The notes below the pieces were generated by a model, which was not told where the DNA came from, searched no databases, and was given only the letters and a program-made list of their open reading frames with translations. A stretch of 64,000 bases of DNA, taken from Anaerolineae bacterium (GTDB lineage Bacteria > Chloroflexota > Anaerolineae > UBA1429). The stretch spans positions 3,104,001 to 3,168,000 of the forward strand of contig OY776562.1 in assembly GCA_963675785.1 (NCBI GenBank). The letters are read 5' to 3'. The translations under genes were made by a program, and so were the position numbers. Positions 17,602 through 26,690 of the stretch are shown here, one piece after another (the first letter of the stretch is position 1; each line of letters starts with the position of its first letter).

Positions 17602-20160
17602 ATGTTGCGCCCCCATCGCGTATATAATGTTGTCCCGTCTTTGCCGGCGTCGCTAGCTGCGCTGGAACCTCTTTCACGAAACCTATGGTGGTCATGGAAT
17701 CCCGACGCAATTGAGCTGTTCTTGCGACTGGATCGAGACCTCTGGGAACAATATAGACATAACCCCATTCGCTTGCTGGGAGCCGTCCGCCAGGAGAGAC
17801 TGGAGCATCTGGCTCAAGATGATGGCTTTATCGCTCATCTCGAGCGGGTTTGGGCTGCTTTTCAAGCGTATGTGGATAACAAAGATACATGGTATGCGAA
17901 CCATTGTCGCTCAGAAAATCTCTCGGTCGCCTATTTTTCCGCCGAGTTTGGCATTACGGAATGTGTTCCCAATTATTCGGGCGGACTTGGCATTCTTTCA
18001 GGAGACCACCTCAAATCGGCCAGTGACCTTGGCCTACCTCTGGTAGGCGTTGGCTTACTCTATCAACAAGGATACTTTCGCCAATATCTCAATGTAGATG
18101 GCTGGCAGCAAGAGTCCTATCCCATCAACGATTTCTATACCATGCCTATGTCACTTGTTCAGGGTGAGGACGGCGTACCTATTCATATCCAGGTCGATTA
18201 CCCCGGCAGAGCGGTGACAGCGCAGGTGTGGCTGGTCGAGGTTGGCCGAATCTCGCTTTACTTGTTGGATACCAACATCTCCGAGAACTCTGCCGATGAC
18301 CGCGGCATCACCAGTCAGCTCTATGGCGGCTATGATGATATGCGCATCCAGCAGGAGATTATGCTGGGTATTGGTGGAATACGCACGCTTTGGGCCATGG
18401 GGATGGAGCCGAATGTCTTTCATATGAACGAAGGTCATTCATCTTTCCTGGCACTAGAGCGAGTGCGGCGGCTGATCCAGGAAAAGGGGCTGGATTTCGA
18501 GGCAGCTCGACTTGCTACACGCGCCGGCAATGTGTTTACCACACACACACCTGTTCCGGCCGGTATTGACCTATTCCCTCCCAATATGATGGATCAGTAC
18601 TTTTCGTATTATTGGTCACAACTCGGTCTTGACCGCCAAGCGTTCCTGTATCTTGGACAGCGAGGCAACACGGGTGGCGACCGATTCTCTATGGCGGTGT
18701 TAGCGCTAGAGCTGGCCGACCACGTCAATGGCGTGAGCAAAATACACAGCCAGGTAGCGCGCGATATGTGGAAGGTGCTATGGCCGCAGACGCCCAAGCG
18801 CGAAGTGTCCATTAGCGCCATTACCAACGGCGTTCATGCTCCGAGTTGGGTTTCTCATGATATGGGCGATCTGTATCTGCGCTATCTTGGCCCGGGCTGG
18901 CGTGAACGTCCTTGGGACAAGTCGGTCTGGTTGAGGGTTGATTCCATTCCTGATGCCGAGCTGTGGCGAACCCATGAGCGGCGGCGTGAGCGGTTAGTTT
19001 CAACAGCGCGTGGGCGCTTGGTGGATCAACTGGTTAGCAAAGGGGCTTCTACGCAAGAAATTGGCGATGCGCGAGATGCTTTGGATCCCGAAGTGCTGAC
19101 CATTGGCTTTGCGCGGCGTTTTGCCACATACAAGCGGGCAACGTTGCTGTTCCGTGATCCAGAACGGCTTGCTCGCATTCTCAATGATCCTGAAAGACCC
19201 GTGCAGATTATCTTTGCGGGCAAGGCCCATCCGCATGATAACCCCGGCAAGGAACTCATCCGCCAGATTGTGCACTATTCGCGACAGCCCGAGTTTCAAG
19301 GACATGTGGTTTTTATTGAAAATTATGACATGAACCTGGCCCGCTATTTGTTGCAGGGTGTCGATATCTGGTTGAATACACCACGAAGTGGCCTGGAAGC
19401 TAGCGGCACCAGTGGTATGAAGGCTGCTATGAATGGTGCTTTGAATTGCAGCGCCTATGATGGCTGGTGGTGCGAGGGGTATTCTAACGGCGCAGGCTGG
19501 AGCATTGGGCGTGGTGAAAAGTATGATGATCCCAACTATGGTGATGAAGTTGAGGCGCGCGCGTTGTACGACATTCTAGAAAAGGATGTTGTGCCGCGAT
19601 TCTATAGCCGTGGGCACGACGGGCTGCCCCATAATTGGATTTCGATGATGAAGAGCTCGATTGGCTCGATTGCGCCCCAGTTCTCTTCCCATCGAATGGT
19701 GGAACAGTACTGCAGTGAGATGTACGAGCCAGCTTTTGAGAGGCATCACCAACTGGTCGAGAATGACTATCAAGTGGTCAAGGAATTGGCCTCTTGGGTG
19801 GGCAAGATCAAGGCACATTGGGGCGAACTGAGCGTGGTATCTGTCGAATCTTCCGCGGATGATAGCATGTCGGTGGGTGAAGACATTGAGATCAAGACAA
19901 CAATACGTCTTGGTGCTTTGGACCCCAAGGATATTCAGGTTCTTGTCTACCATGGCATTGTGGATGAAACTGGCACTTTGGGCGATTATGAGATCGCCGA
20001 TATGGATGGCGTGTGCGAGGTGGATGGAAGTCAGTGTGCCTATCGCGGCACTATATCCAATCACCATAGTGGAAGGCACGGTTATACTGTGTGCCTCAGG
20101 CCGCACCACCCCGAATATGGCGAGGTTTCATTGCCAGGCTACGTTTTGTGGTCTGATTAG
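17602..20160 (+). CDS. glgP: alpha-glucan (glycogen) phosphorylase
   Basis: YFSAEFG, YSGGLGILSGDHLKSASD, HMNEGH, GFARRFATYKR, EASGTSGMKA. Confidence 0.97.
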   Translation: MLRPHRVYNVVPSLPASLAALEPLSRNLWWSWNPDAIELFLRLDRDLWEQYRHNPIRLLGAVRQERLEHLAQDDGFIAHLERVWAAFQAYVDNKDTWYANHCRSENLSVAYFSAEFGITECVPNYSGGLGILSGDHLKSASDLGLPLVGVGLLYQQGYFRQYLNVDGWQQESYPINDFYTMPMSLVQGEDGVPIHIQVDYPGRAVTAQVWLVEVGRISLYLLDTNISENSADDRGITSQLYGGYDDMRIQQEIMLGIGGIRTLWAMGMEPNVFHMNEGHSSFLALERVRRLIQEKGLDFEAARLATRAGNVFTTHTPVPAGIDLFPPNMMDQYFSYYWSQLGLDRQAFLYLGQRGNTGGDRFSMAVLALELADHVNGVSKIHSQVARDMWKVLWPQTPKREVSISAITNGVHAPSWVSHDMGDLYLRYLGPGWRERPWDKSVWLRVDSIPDAELWRTHERRRERLVSTARGRLVDQLVSKGASTQEIGDARDALDPEVLTIGFARRFATYKRATLLFRDPERLARILNDPERPVQIIFAGKAHPHDNPGKELIRQIVHYSRQPEFQGHVVFIENYDMNLARYLLQGVDIWLNTPRSGLEASGTSGMKAAMNGALNCSAYDGWWCEGYSNGAGWSIGRGEKYDDPNYGDEVEARALYDILEKDVVPRFYSRGHDGLPHNWISMMKSSIGSIAPQFSSHRMVEQYCSEMYEPAFERHHQLVENDYQVVKELASWVGKIKAHWGELSVVSVESSADDSMSVGEDIEIKTTIRLGALDPKDIQVLVYHGIVDETGTLGDYEIADMDGVCEVDGSQCAYRGTISNHHSGRHGYTVCLRPHHPEYGEVSLPGYVLWSD

Positions 20161-20172
20161 ATTTCCGAATAG

Positions 20173-20276
20173 CTCTCCGAGTTATGTGGCCTGAGGCCAA
20201 TCCTTTGGGCGGGTATGGCGCATAACCGATGGGTGCGGGTGGAAACGCCCGCGCCTCCCGTGTTTGGAAAGGGGAG
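20173..20276 (+). ncRNA. Moco-class riboswitch lacking P3 (tungsten-cofactor-type variant)
   Basis: P1 CTCTCC/GGGGAG, CTCCGAG, P2 GTTATG/CATAAC enclosing CCTGAG...GTATGG, CGATGG, P4 with GGAAAC GNRA loop, GCCTCCCG-TGTT-TGGAAAGG 3' signature. Recognised by eye against the Moco RNA motif. Confidence 0.85.
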
Positions 20277-20294
20277 ACGTTTTCCTGCTCGTTC

Positions 20295-20333
20295 AGCGAG
20301 TAGGCGTCTTCTTGCGCCTGCTCGCTTTTTGTT
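20295..20333 (+). terminator. riboswitch-controlled intrinsic terminator
   Basis: 12-bp stem AGCGAGTAGGCG/CGCCTGCTCGCT followed by TTTTGTT, 19 bp before the ECF S-component start. Confidence 0.85.
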
Positions 20334-20351
20334 GTGTAGAGGACAGTAAAA

Positions 20352-21710
20352 TTGACGGAAGAAAAACGTTACTATTTTACCACGCGGGACTTGCTTATTA
20401 TGGCCGCCATGGCTGGCCTGGGTGGTGTGGCTAGTACGGCAATCAATGCGCTTGGTGATGTGATGCAGGCAGCCTTGGGTTTTGCTGGCACTACGCAGTG
20501 GGCCGCCGGTCTTCACACAATCTTTTTGCTTCTTGTTGTGGGGCTGGTTCGTAAAGGCGGTGCAGCTACATTGGCCGGATTGCTCAAGGGGGCCGTTGAG
20601 CTGCTCAGTGGCAACACCCACGGCATTATTATTCTATTGGTTGATTTAGCAGCTGGATTGATCATCGATTTGGTTTTTGCCCTGGTACAGCAGCGCCAAA
20701 GCCTATTGGTTTATATACTGGCTGGTGCATTTTCGGCGGCCAGTAACGTCATTGTTTTTCAATTGTTTGCTCTGGCGCCGGAAGATGTCCTTGCAGCTGT
20801 CTGGCTGGTGGCCCTGGTTGCAGCGGTTTCGGGCGCACTGCTAGGCGGTTGGGTTGCATGGTTGCTGCTGGGTGTGCTTCACAAGAATGGTCTGGTTCGA
20901 GAGGAGCCGGTGCGTACCATGCGCGGCTGGCGCTATGCTGTGTTTCTAGGCGTTTTTGCGCTGATTCTCATTGGCGGGAGCTGGACCATGGTGGAATCCT
21001 TGGCTGGGCCGCCGGTGATCGATATTCGTGTGGATGGCGAGGTGGTCTACCAATTTTCGCCCGATGACGACAACCTACCTCTCATTGTCGAAGATGTCGA
21101 ACTGAACGGCATCAAACGTAGTGTAAGCGGCTATAAATTGGCCGAGGTCATTGCTTTGGCTGTCAGTGGTACGGAATATGGCTCGGCGCTAATCTCTGCC
21201 ACGGATGGCTATTCCTTTTTCATTACTGATCGCGAGATTGAGGAAAACACAGAGCTGCTGTTGGCAGTGAGCGGCGAGGGTGAGGACACCAGTTACGAGA
21301 TCGTCGGTGCCGAGAACTCGAAAGCCTGGGTGCGTAACGTAGCTACCATTGATCTGGCCGAACAAACGCTCATCGAGGTGTCGGGCTTGATTGGTCTGCC
21401 CTCACCCTACAATCCCGCTGACTGGCAATACGAGATGGACAGTGCCTATCTGGATGTGGGGTATGGCGAGCAAAAATACCAGGGAACTATTGCCGCCGAT
21501 GTGCTGACAGCCTGGGAACCTTCAACAGGCGCAGAATCGGCCGTATTTTACAGTGCGGATGAACAGGTTGAACTAAGCCTGGAAGAGATTGCCACGGATC
21601 GCAGCTTGCGCATTTGGTCGGTCAATGCTGCTGGTGGAACCAGTTTTGCTCTGGCCACTGAAGGTGGCGAGATATTGTTGACCGACGTCGAACGTATCGA
21701 GGTCAAATGA
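20352..21710 (+). CDS. ECF transporter S-component (YkoE-like) fused to two extracytoplasmic molybdopterin-binding-like domains
   Basis: N-terminal ~180 aa: FTTRDLLIMA, LVRKGGAA, about 6 TM. Then one TM and soluble repeats SGYKLAEVI..ATDGY..WVRNVATI and VSGLI..YQG..ADVL..DVERIEV. Confidence 0.8.
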   Translation: MTEEKRYYFTTRDLLIMAAMAGLGGVASTAINALGDVMQAALGFAGTTQWAAGLHTIFLLLVVGLVRKGGAATLAGLLKGAVELLSGNTHGIIILLVDLAAGLIIDLVFALVQQRQSLLVYILAGAFSAASNVIVFQLFALAPEDVLAAVWLVALVAAVSGALLGGWVAWLLLGVLHKNGLVREEPVRTMRGWRYAVFLGVFALILIGGSWTMVESLAGPPVIDIRVDGEVVYQFSPDDDNLPLIVEDVELNGIKRSVSGYKLAEVIALAVSGTEYGSALISATDGYSFFITDREIEENTELLLAVSGEGEDTSYEIVGAENSKAWVRNVATIDLAEQTLIEVSGLIGLPSPYNPADWQYEMDSAYLDVGYGEQKYQGTIAADVLTAWEPSTGAESAVFYSADEQVELSLEEIATDRSLRIWSVNAAGGTSFALATEGGEILLTDVERIEVK

Positions 21711-21713
21711 ACT

Positions 21714-23162
21714 GTGTCTGAGCCGATGGTGCGCATCGACCAGCTCTCTTTTCGCTATGCAGCTGGTGAAACGCTGGCCCTCGATCATGTTTCGCTGGCG
21801 GTCGACAAGGGCGAGTTTGTGGTGTTGACCGGACCAAGCGGCTGCGGCAAGTCGACGTTGGCACTAGCCATGGGCGGTTACCTGGCGCATCAATTCAAAG
21901 GAGAGTTCGAGGGCACTGTTGAGGTGGCCGACGTCGATACGCTCCGAGAGCCGCTTTATCAGGTGGCGGACGTGGTCGGTTTGGTGCAGCAGAACCCGGA
22001 GGATCAGTTTTGCACCTTGCGGGTGGACGATGAGGTGGCCTTTGGTCCAGAGAATCGTTGTGTAGAGCCACTGATGATTCGCCAACTTGAGCAGAATTCG
22101 TTGATGAGGGCTCAAGCTCAGCATCTTGAGGGTCGTCTGCTGGATTCGCTCTCTGGCGGTGAAAAGCAACGGGTGGCTCTGGCGTCTATGCTGGCTGGCA
22201 CGCCGCAATTGTTGATTTTGGACGAGCCCACATCCAGCCTCGACCCTCAGGCTACACAGGATGTGTTGGCAGTATTGGATAATCTTCGTCGCGAGCGTGG
22301 CCTGACTCTGATCGTCATCGAACACAAATTGGATGCCCTGATGCGCTTTAATCCGCGTATTGTGCGTATGGCCCAGGGGCACATCGAACAAGATCATTCT
22401 GTTTTTCAGCCAACTGTACCCGTAGTTCATGCACCCTCAATGGCAGGTAAGGTTGCTGTGGCACTAGAGGGCGTCTCCGTCACTCTAGAAGATCATCACG
22501 CACTCGATAACGTAACTGTAGATTTTCACTCTGGCCAGTTGACTGCTCTGATGGGAGCCAATGGTGCTGGCAAGACCACACTCTTGCGGGTCATCCGCGG
22601 TTTACAGCCTGTGCGGAGAGGTTGTGTTTGTGTGTTAGGTCAGGATGTTGCCAAGGATACTGTGTCAGCTCTAGCCGGGCGCGTGGGGTTTATGTTTCAG
22701 AATCCCGATCACCAGTTGCTAAGCGATACGGTGCAAGGTGACATGGCTTTTGGTCTATCTGCCCAGCAGGTCACCCAAGATGCACTTTATCATCAGCAAT
22801 TGCTTGAATTGGCTGGTCTTTGGGAGCTGCGCAATAGACACCCCTTTTCTCTGAGCTATGGGCAAAAGAGGCGTCTGAATCTGTCTTCACTGTTGGCGCA
22901 AAAACCGCAGATCATTCTGGTTGACGAACCGCTCATTGGGCAGGACCCTAACAACGCCCAGTATGTCATGGGGGTGCTCAGGGCCGCTGCGGATGAAGGC
23001 GTTTGTGTGATCGCGGCACTTCATGCCCCGGGGATGGTTCAGCGCTTTGCAGACAGGGTTGTGTTTTTGGCTCAGGGGCGTATCGATATCGATGCGGCAC
23101 CGGATGCTGCCTTTGCCGCATTGTCTTCCTCCGGGCGCAAAGCTTTTGCAGGTATGTTATGA
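21714..23162 (+). CDS. ECF transporter double ATPase (A-A' fusion)
   Basis: Two ABC domains: GPSGCGKST/QNPEDQ/LSGGEKQR and GANGAGKTT/QNPDHQ/LSYGQKRR. Confidence 0.93.
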   Translation: MSEPMVRIDQLSFRYAAGETLALDHVSLAVDKGEFVVLTGPSGCGKSTLALAMGGYLAHQFKGEFEGTVEVADVDTLREPLYQVADVVGLVQQNPEDQFCTLRVDDEVAFGPENRCVEPLMIRQLEQNSLMRAQAQHLEGRLLDSLSGGEKQRVALASMLAGTPQLLILDEPTSSLDPQATQDVLAVLDNLRRERGLTLIVIEHKLDALMRFNPRIVRMAQGHIEQDHSVFQPTVPVVHAPSMAGKVAVALEGVSVTLEDHHALDNVTVDFHSGQLTALMGANGAGKTTLLRVIRGLQPVRRGCVCVLGQDVAKDTVSALAGRVGFMFQNPDHQLLSDTVQGDMAFGLSAQQVTQDALYHQQLLELAGLWELRNRHPFSLSYGQKRRLNLSSLLAQKPQIILVDEPLIGQDPNNAQYVMGVLRAAADEGVCVIAALHAPGMVQRFADRVVFLAQGRIDIDAAPDAAFAALSSSGRKAFAGML

Positions 23163-23911
23163 CAGCCAGCATGAGCCGTCTCGGAGTGGTTGGGCGCATT
23201 CATCCCTTACCCAAATTTGCCTGGCTCCTGGCTGTTTCGGTGGCCGTGTTTGTGGTGGGCCAACCGGTGGTTATTTGGGCCATCGTCCTAGGGCTCGTAC
23301 TGGTGGGTTATCCTTATCTGGTCGGTAGGTCGCGTGCGTTCCGCCTGACTATATTCTCTACGTTGGGACTTTTTCTGCTGCAGGCGCTATTTTACCACCA
23401 GGGACGGGTGCTGTTCGATCTGTGGCCGGGAGAGGCGCAATGGTCGGTGACAGTAGACGGTCTGCTACGCGGACTGCGTGTATCGGGTCGCTTTCTCGCC
23501 ATTATACTGGCCAGCCAGGTGTTTGTAGGGTCGACAGACTCTAGCGAACTGGCCTACAGCCTGATGCAGGCTGGCGTTCCCTATCGATTTGGCTTTGCGC
23601 TTGTCTCAGCCCTGCGTATGACGCCTATGTTTCGCAGTGAGGGTCGTACAGTGTACGAAGCTCAACTTTGCCGAGGCGTGGCGCTGGATCGCGGTGGCTT
23701 GCGTGGCCTTTTGGTTAGGCTGCAGCGCTTTTTGTTGCCGCTGGTGGTATCTGCTCTCAGAAGGGTCGATAGCCTGTCCATCTCGATGGAAGGCCGACAC
23801 TTTGGGCGTTATCGAACCCGAACCTTTGCACAACCTTTGCATCACCACCGCAGAGACTACGCGGTCTGGGGGTTATTGATTTTTTTCATCGCCATCATCG
23901 TCGTCCTGTAG
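23159..23911 (+). CDS. ecfT: ECF transporter T-component (EcfT/CbiQ)
   Basis: HPLPK, ALRMTP, EAQLCRG and SMEGRHF (two XRX motifs); ATGA overlap with the ATPase stop. Confidence 0.92.
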   Translation: MTASMSRLGVVGRIHPLPKFAWLLAVSVAVFVVGQPVVIWAIVLGLVLVGYPYLVGRSRAFRLTIFSTLGLFLLQALFYHQGRVLFDLWPGEAQWSVTVDGLLRGLRVSGRFLAIILASQVFVGSTDSSELAYSLMQAGVPYRFGFALVSALRMTPMFRSEGRTVYEAQLCRGVALDRGGLRGLLVRLQRFLLPLVVSALRRVDSLSISMEGRHFGRYRTRTFAQPLHHHRRDYAVWGLLIFFIAIIVVL

Positions 23912-23921
23912 GTGGGCCAAT

Positions 23922-25844
23922 ATGTGGAACGAGTTTCTGTACAGTATCGCGACCTATCCCTACCTCTATGCACTGTTCACTGGCGTTATGCTCCTGTGGA
24001 TCACTGTAGGGCTACACGCCCTACGTCGTGTGCGGCAGGCGCCTGACGAGCGACCACGCCTCACCTTCAAAAAATTTGGCGCTGCATTCCAAGAAGCGTT
24101 GGTTCAACGGCGCATCTGGCGGAGGCCTCTGGCCGGTGCGATGCACCTCTGCCTGTTTGCCGCAGGGGTGCTCATTCTGGTGGCCTATATTATGACTCAC
24201 CATGTTGCCCCTCGTGGCGAGGCTTGGCAGGCCAGCCGCACTGCACATTTCATTGCTGATTTGGGCGTAATGCTAGGTTTTGTTGGACATATGCTGGCGG
24301 GCTGGCGACGTTTTATTCGCAAAGAGACCTCTCGCGCCTTTAGCGATGTGCTGTTGTGGGGCTTGGGCTTTGTGTTCATCATCGCCTATGGCCTGGCTAA
24401 TGCGTTACAGGTGGCCATCACCGATCCAAATTGGCAGCGTGCGGCCTTTTTGAGCCGCCCGATAGCTGGGCTTTTCTCAGGCATGGCGACTCTTACACTG
24501 CGCTCACTTTACGGGTTAGTTTGGGCTCTTGTCCACGGCTCTTTGTTCGTAGGCGTTTTGCTGGTACCCCTGACCAAGTGGCGCCACGTTTTGGCAATCG
24601 TAGTCAACCTTGCGCATGCGGACGATCTTCCGCCAGCAGTAGCTGTCTCCGAGGATCTGAATGGTGATGGGCCCTTTGGTCTGGGGCGAACGGATCAGCT
24701 CAGCAAGAAGCAACTCTACGAAACCTGGGCTTGCGTTCGTTGTGGGCGTTGTAGCACGGTCTGTCCGGCAACGATGACTGGCAAGATGCTTGATCCGCTC
24801 AAACTGATAGAGGCCGAGCTGGAAGCCCCAAGGATGGCCAGCTTACCCGACTTTATCGATCAGGAGGCACTTTGGCAGTGCAGCATGTGCCTGGCCTGCG
24901 CGGATGTATGCCCTGCGGATATTGCCCCCTGGCGCCATTTACTGGATATGCGTCGCGAGCGCGTGCTGGAGGCGGCCGAGTTTCCCCAAGAGCTTCAAGG
25001 CGTTTTTCGCGGCATAGAGCGGCGCGGCAACCCGTGGGGCACGGCTACCAACAAGAGCGAAATCGCTCGTGAAGCAGGTGTGCGCCTATTATCCAAAGGC
25101 GATTCTTGCGATGTGTTGCTGTGGATGGGCTGTATGGTGGCGGTGGACCCACTGGCACAGCAGGCCTGGCGGGCTATGGCGCAGTTGTTGGCAGCGGCCG
25201 ACGTCGATGTGGCTTGCCTGGGCGATGCCGAGCCCTGCTGCGGCGATGCAGCACGCCGTCTAGGCAATGAGTACATCTGGCAGCAACAGGTGGAGACCGT
25301 GAGTGATGCCATGCATGATATTCATGTGGGACGGGTTGTCTCAGTTTGCCCACATTGCGCTAACACTTTGGGCAACGAGTATCCGCAGGGACTTTGGCAG
25401 GGCGTGTCTCACGCTCTTGAAGAATTGAGCTGTCTGGCCCAGGAGGGGCGTATCGTCCCCGAGGCACATCAGGTCAAGCCCTGTCGTGTGGTTTACCATG
25501 ATCCTTGCTATTTGGCGCGCGGCCTTGACGTCATTGATTCTGTGCGCCGACTGCTTGTTGCCACGCCAGGTTGCGAACTAGTCGAGCCTGCGCACAAGGG
25601 CAAGGATGTGTGGTGTTGCGGTGCGGGCGGCGGCCAGATGTGGCTTCAAGAGGATGACGGTGCGGCTTTGGGCCAGTCACTCTTTGATGAACTGGCCAAT
25701 ACCAAGGCCGAACTAATACTCTCTGCATGTCCTTATTGTGATACGACACTGCAATCTGAGTTTGGCAATACGAACGATGTAAGTGATGTGGTGATTTTTA
25801 TCGCCAATCGATGGCGTGCTAGTGACAGGAGTGATCAAGGGTGA
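23922..25844 (+). CDS. membrane-bound HdrD/GlpC/FadF-like Fe-S oxidoreductase
   Basis: N-terminal ~6 TM with several His; CVRCGRCSTVCP and CSMCLACADVCP (2x 4Fe-4S); two CCG domains (CCG..CPHC; HDPC..CCG..CPYC). Confidence 0.9.
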   Translation: MWNEFLYSIATYPYLYALFTGVMLLWITVGLHALRRVRQAPDERPRLTFKKFGAAFQEALVQRRIWRRPLAGAMHLCLFAAGVLILVAYIMTHHVAPRGEAWQASRTAHFIADLGVMLGFVGHMLAGWRRFIRKETSRAFSDVLLWGLGFVFIIAYGLANALQVAITDPNWQRAAFLSRPIAGLFSGMATLTLRSLYGLVWALVHGSLFVGVLLVPLTKWRHVLAIVVNLAHADDLPPAVAVSEDLNGDGPFGLGRTDQLSKKQLYETWACVRCGRCSTVCPATMTGKMLDPLKLIEAELEAPRMASLPDFIDQEALWQCSMCLACADVCPADIAPWRHLLDMRRERVLEAAEFPQELQGVFRGIERRGNPWGTATNKSEIAREAGVRLLSKGDSCDVLLWMGCMVAVDPLAQQAWRAMAQLLAAADVDVACLGDAEPCCGDAARRLGNEYIWQQQVETVSDAMHDIHVGRVVSVCPHCANTLGNEYPQGLWQGVSHALEELSCLAQEGRIVPEAHQVKPCRVVYHDPCYLARGLDVIDSVRRLLVATPGCELVEPAHKGKDVWCCGAGGGQMWLQEDDGAALGQSLFDELANTKAELILSACPYCDTTLQSEFGNTNDVSDVVIFIANRWRASDRSDQG

Positions 25845-26689
25845 GCAAGCGATGGACGTGGCTCCTCGTCGGGGCCATTGGTGTTGTAATCGGTATCGGT
25901 TTGGCCAGCTGGAAGACCTTTCCCATCGAGGATATGATTGCACGAACTACTTGCGCTGAATGTCATGATGTGCACGGGGCTCTCGAAATTGCCCAAGTTC
26001 CAGCTCAGAGCCAGGTCTGGATCTTGGGCGATGTGCCGGAATCCACTTATTTCTTTGTAAATGATCTTTTTCCTCTTGCAGACGAGACGGAGGGTACGAG
26101 TATTTCACTCATCGACTTGTTGGCCGATTATGGGGTGACGGATTGGGAAAAGGTCTCAATTGAATCCCTCGATGGCGGACTGGTAACGCTGGAGCGCCAG
26201 TATGTCACGGAGAATTCCCTTCTTGTGCCCTATGTCGATGGCATTCGCTTCAAGGATGTCAATCTGCACGAATCCACCTGGCTCAAGGGTGTACGCTTTA
26301 TCACTGTACAGGGCAGCGAGACGCCCCTGCTTCTCGGAGATACGCAGACTTCGTTAGGGCGTTTGCTGATGGGTGATCGCACAGCCGTTATAGCCGAAGC
26401 CAGTGATGCGCTATATTCCAGTCCTGTGGACGGACAGATTTACCAGGGTAACTATGCGCACATTTACACTGGCGCGTCGCTTGTTTCACTGTTGACGGCT
26501 TACCCAGAGGCAACTACTTTTGCCTGCACCAGCCAGGATAGCGAGACGGTATCATACACACGTGAGGAACTACAAGAGGCTGTCATTGCGCCGGTATCTG
26601 GTTTGCCTTCGCTGGTGCTGCCGCAGTATGGTCAGGGGAGCTGGGTCATTGGGATTGAGAGCATTGTGCCAGAGGATGGGGAGAGTTGA
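25841..26689 (+). CDS. membrane-anchored protein with CxxCH heme motif and two molybdopterin-binding-like domains
   Basis: N-terminal TM, CAECH at 25952-25966, then SLIDLL..SLDGG..WLKGVRFITV and YTGASLVSLL..SQD..PSLVLP..WVIGIESI. Confidence 0.7.
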   Translation: MSKRWTWLLVGAIGVVIGIGLASWKTFPIEDMIARTTCAECHDVHGALEIAQVPAQSQVWILGDVPESTYFFVNDLFPLADETEGTSISLIDLLADYGVTDWEKVSIESLDGGLVTLERQYVTENSLLVPYVDGIRFKDVNLHESTWLKGVRFITVQGSETPLLLGDTQTSLGRLLMGDRTAVIAEASDALYSSPVDGQIYQGNYAHIYTGASLVSLLTAYPEATTFACTSQDSETVSYTREELQEAVIAPVSGLPSLVLPQYGQGSWVIGIESIVPEDGES

Positions 26690-26690
26690 T

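Noticed and set aside
20157-20621. 154-aa minus-strand ORF across the glgP-ECF gap
   Set aside because: Antisense to the riboswitch and S-component; no protein-like features.
20352-23911. Calling the ECF a thiamine/HMP (Yko) or cobalt transporter
   Set aside because: The leader has Moco-motif rather than TPP or cobalamin riboswitch signatures, and the fused domains are SO-fold-like; the family label alone does not fix the substrate.
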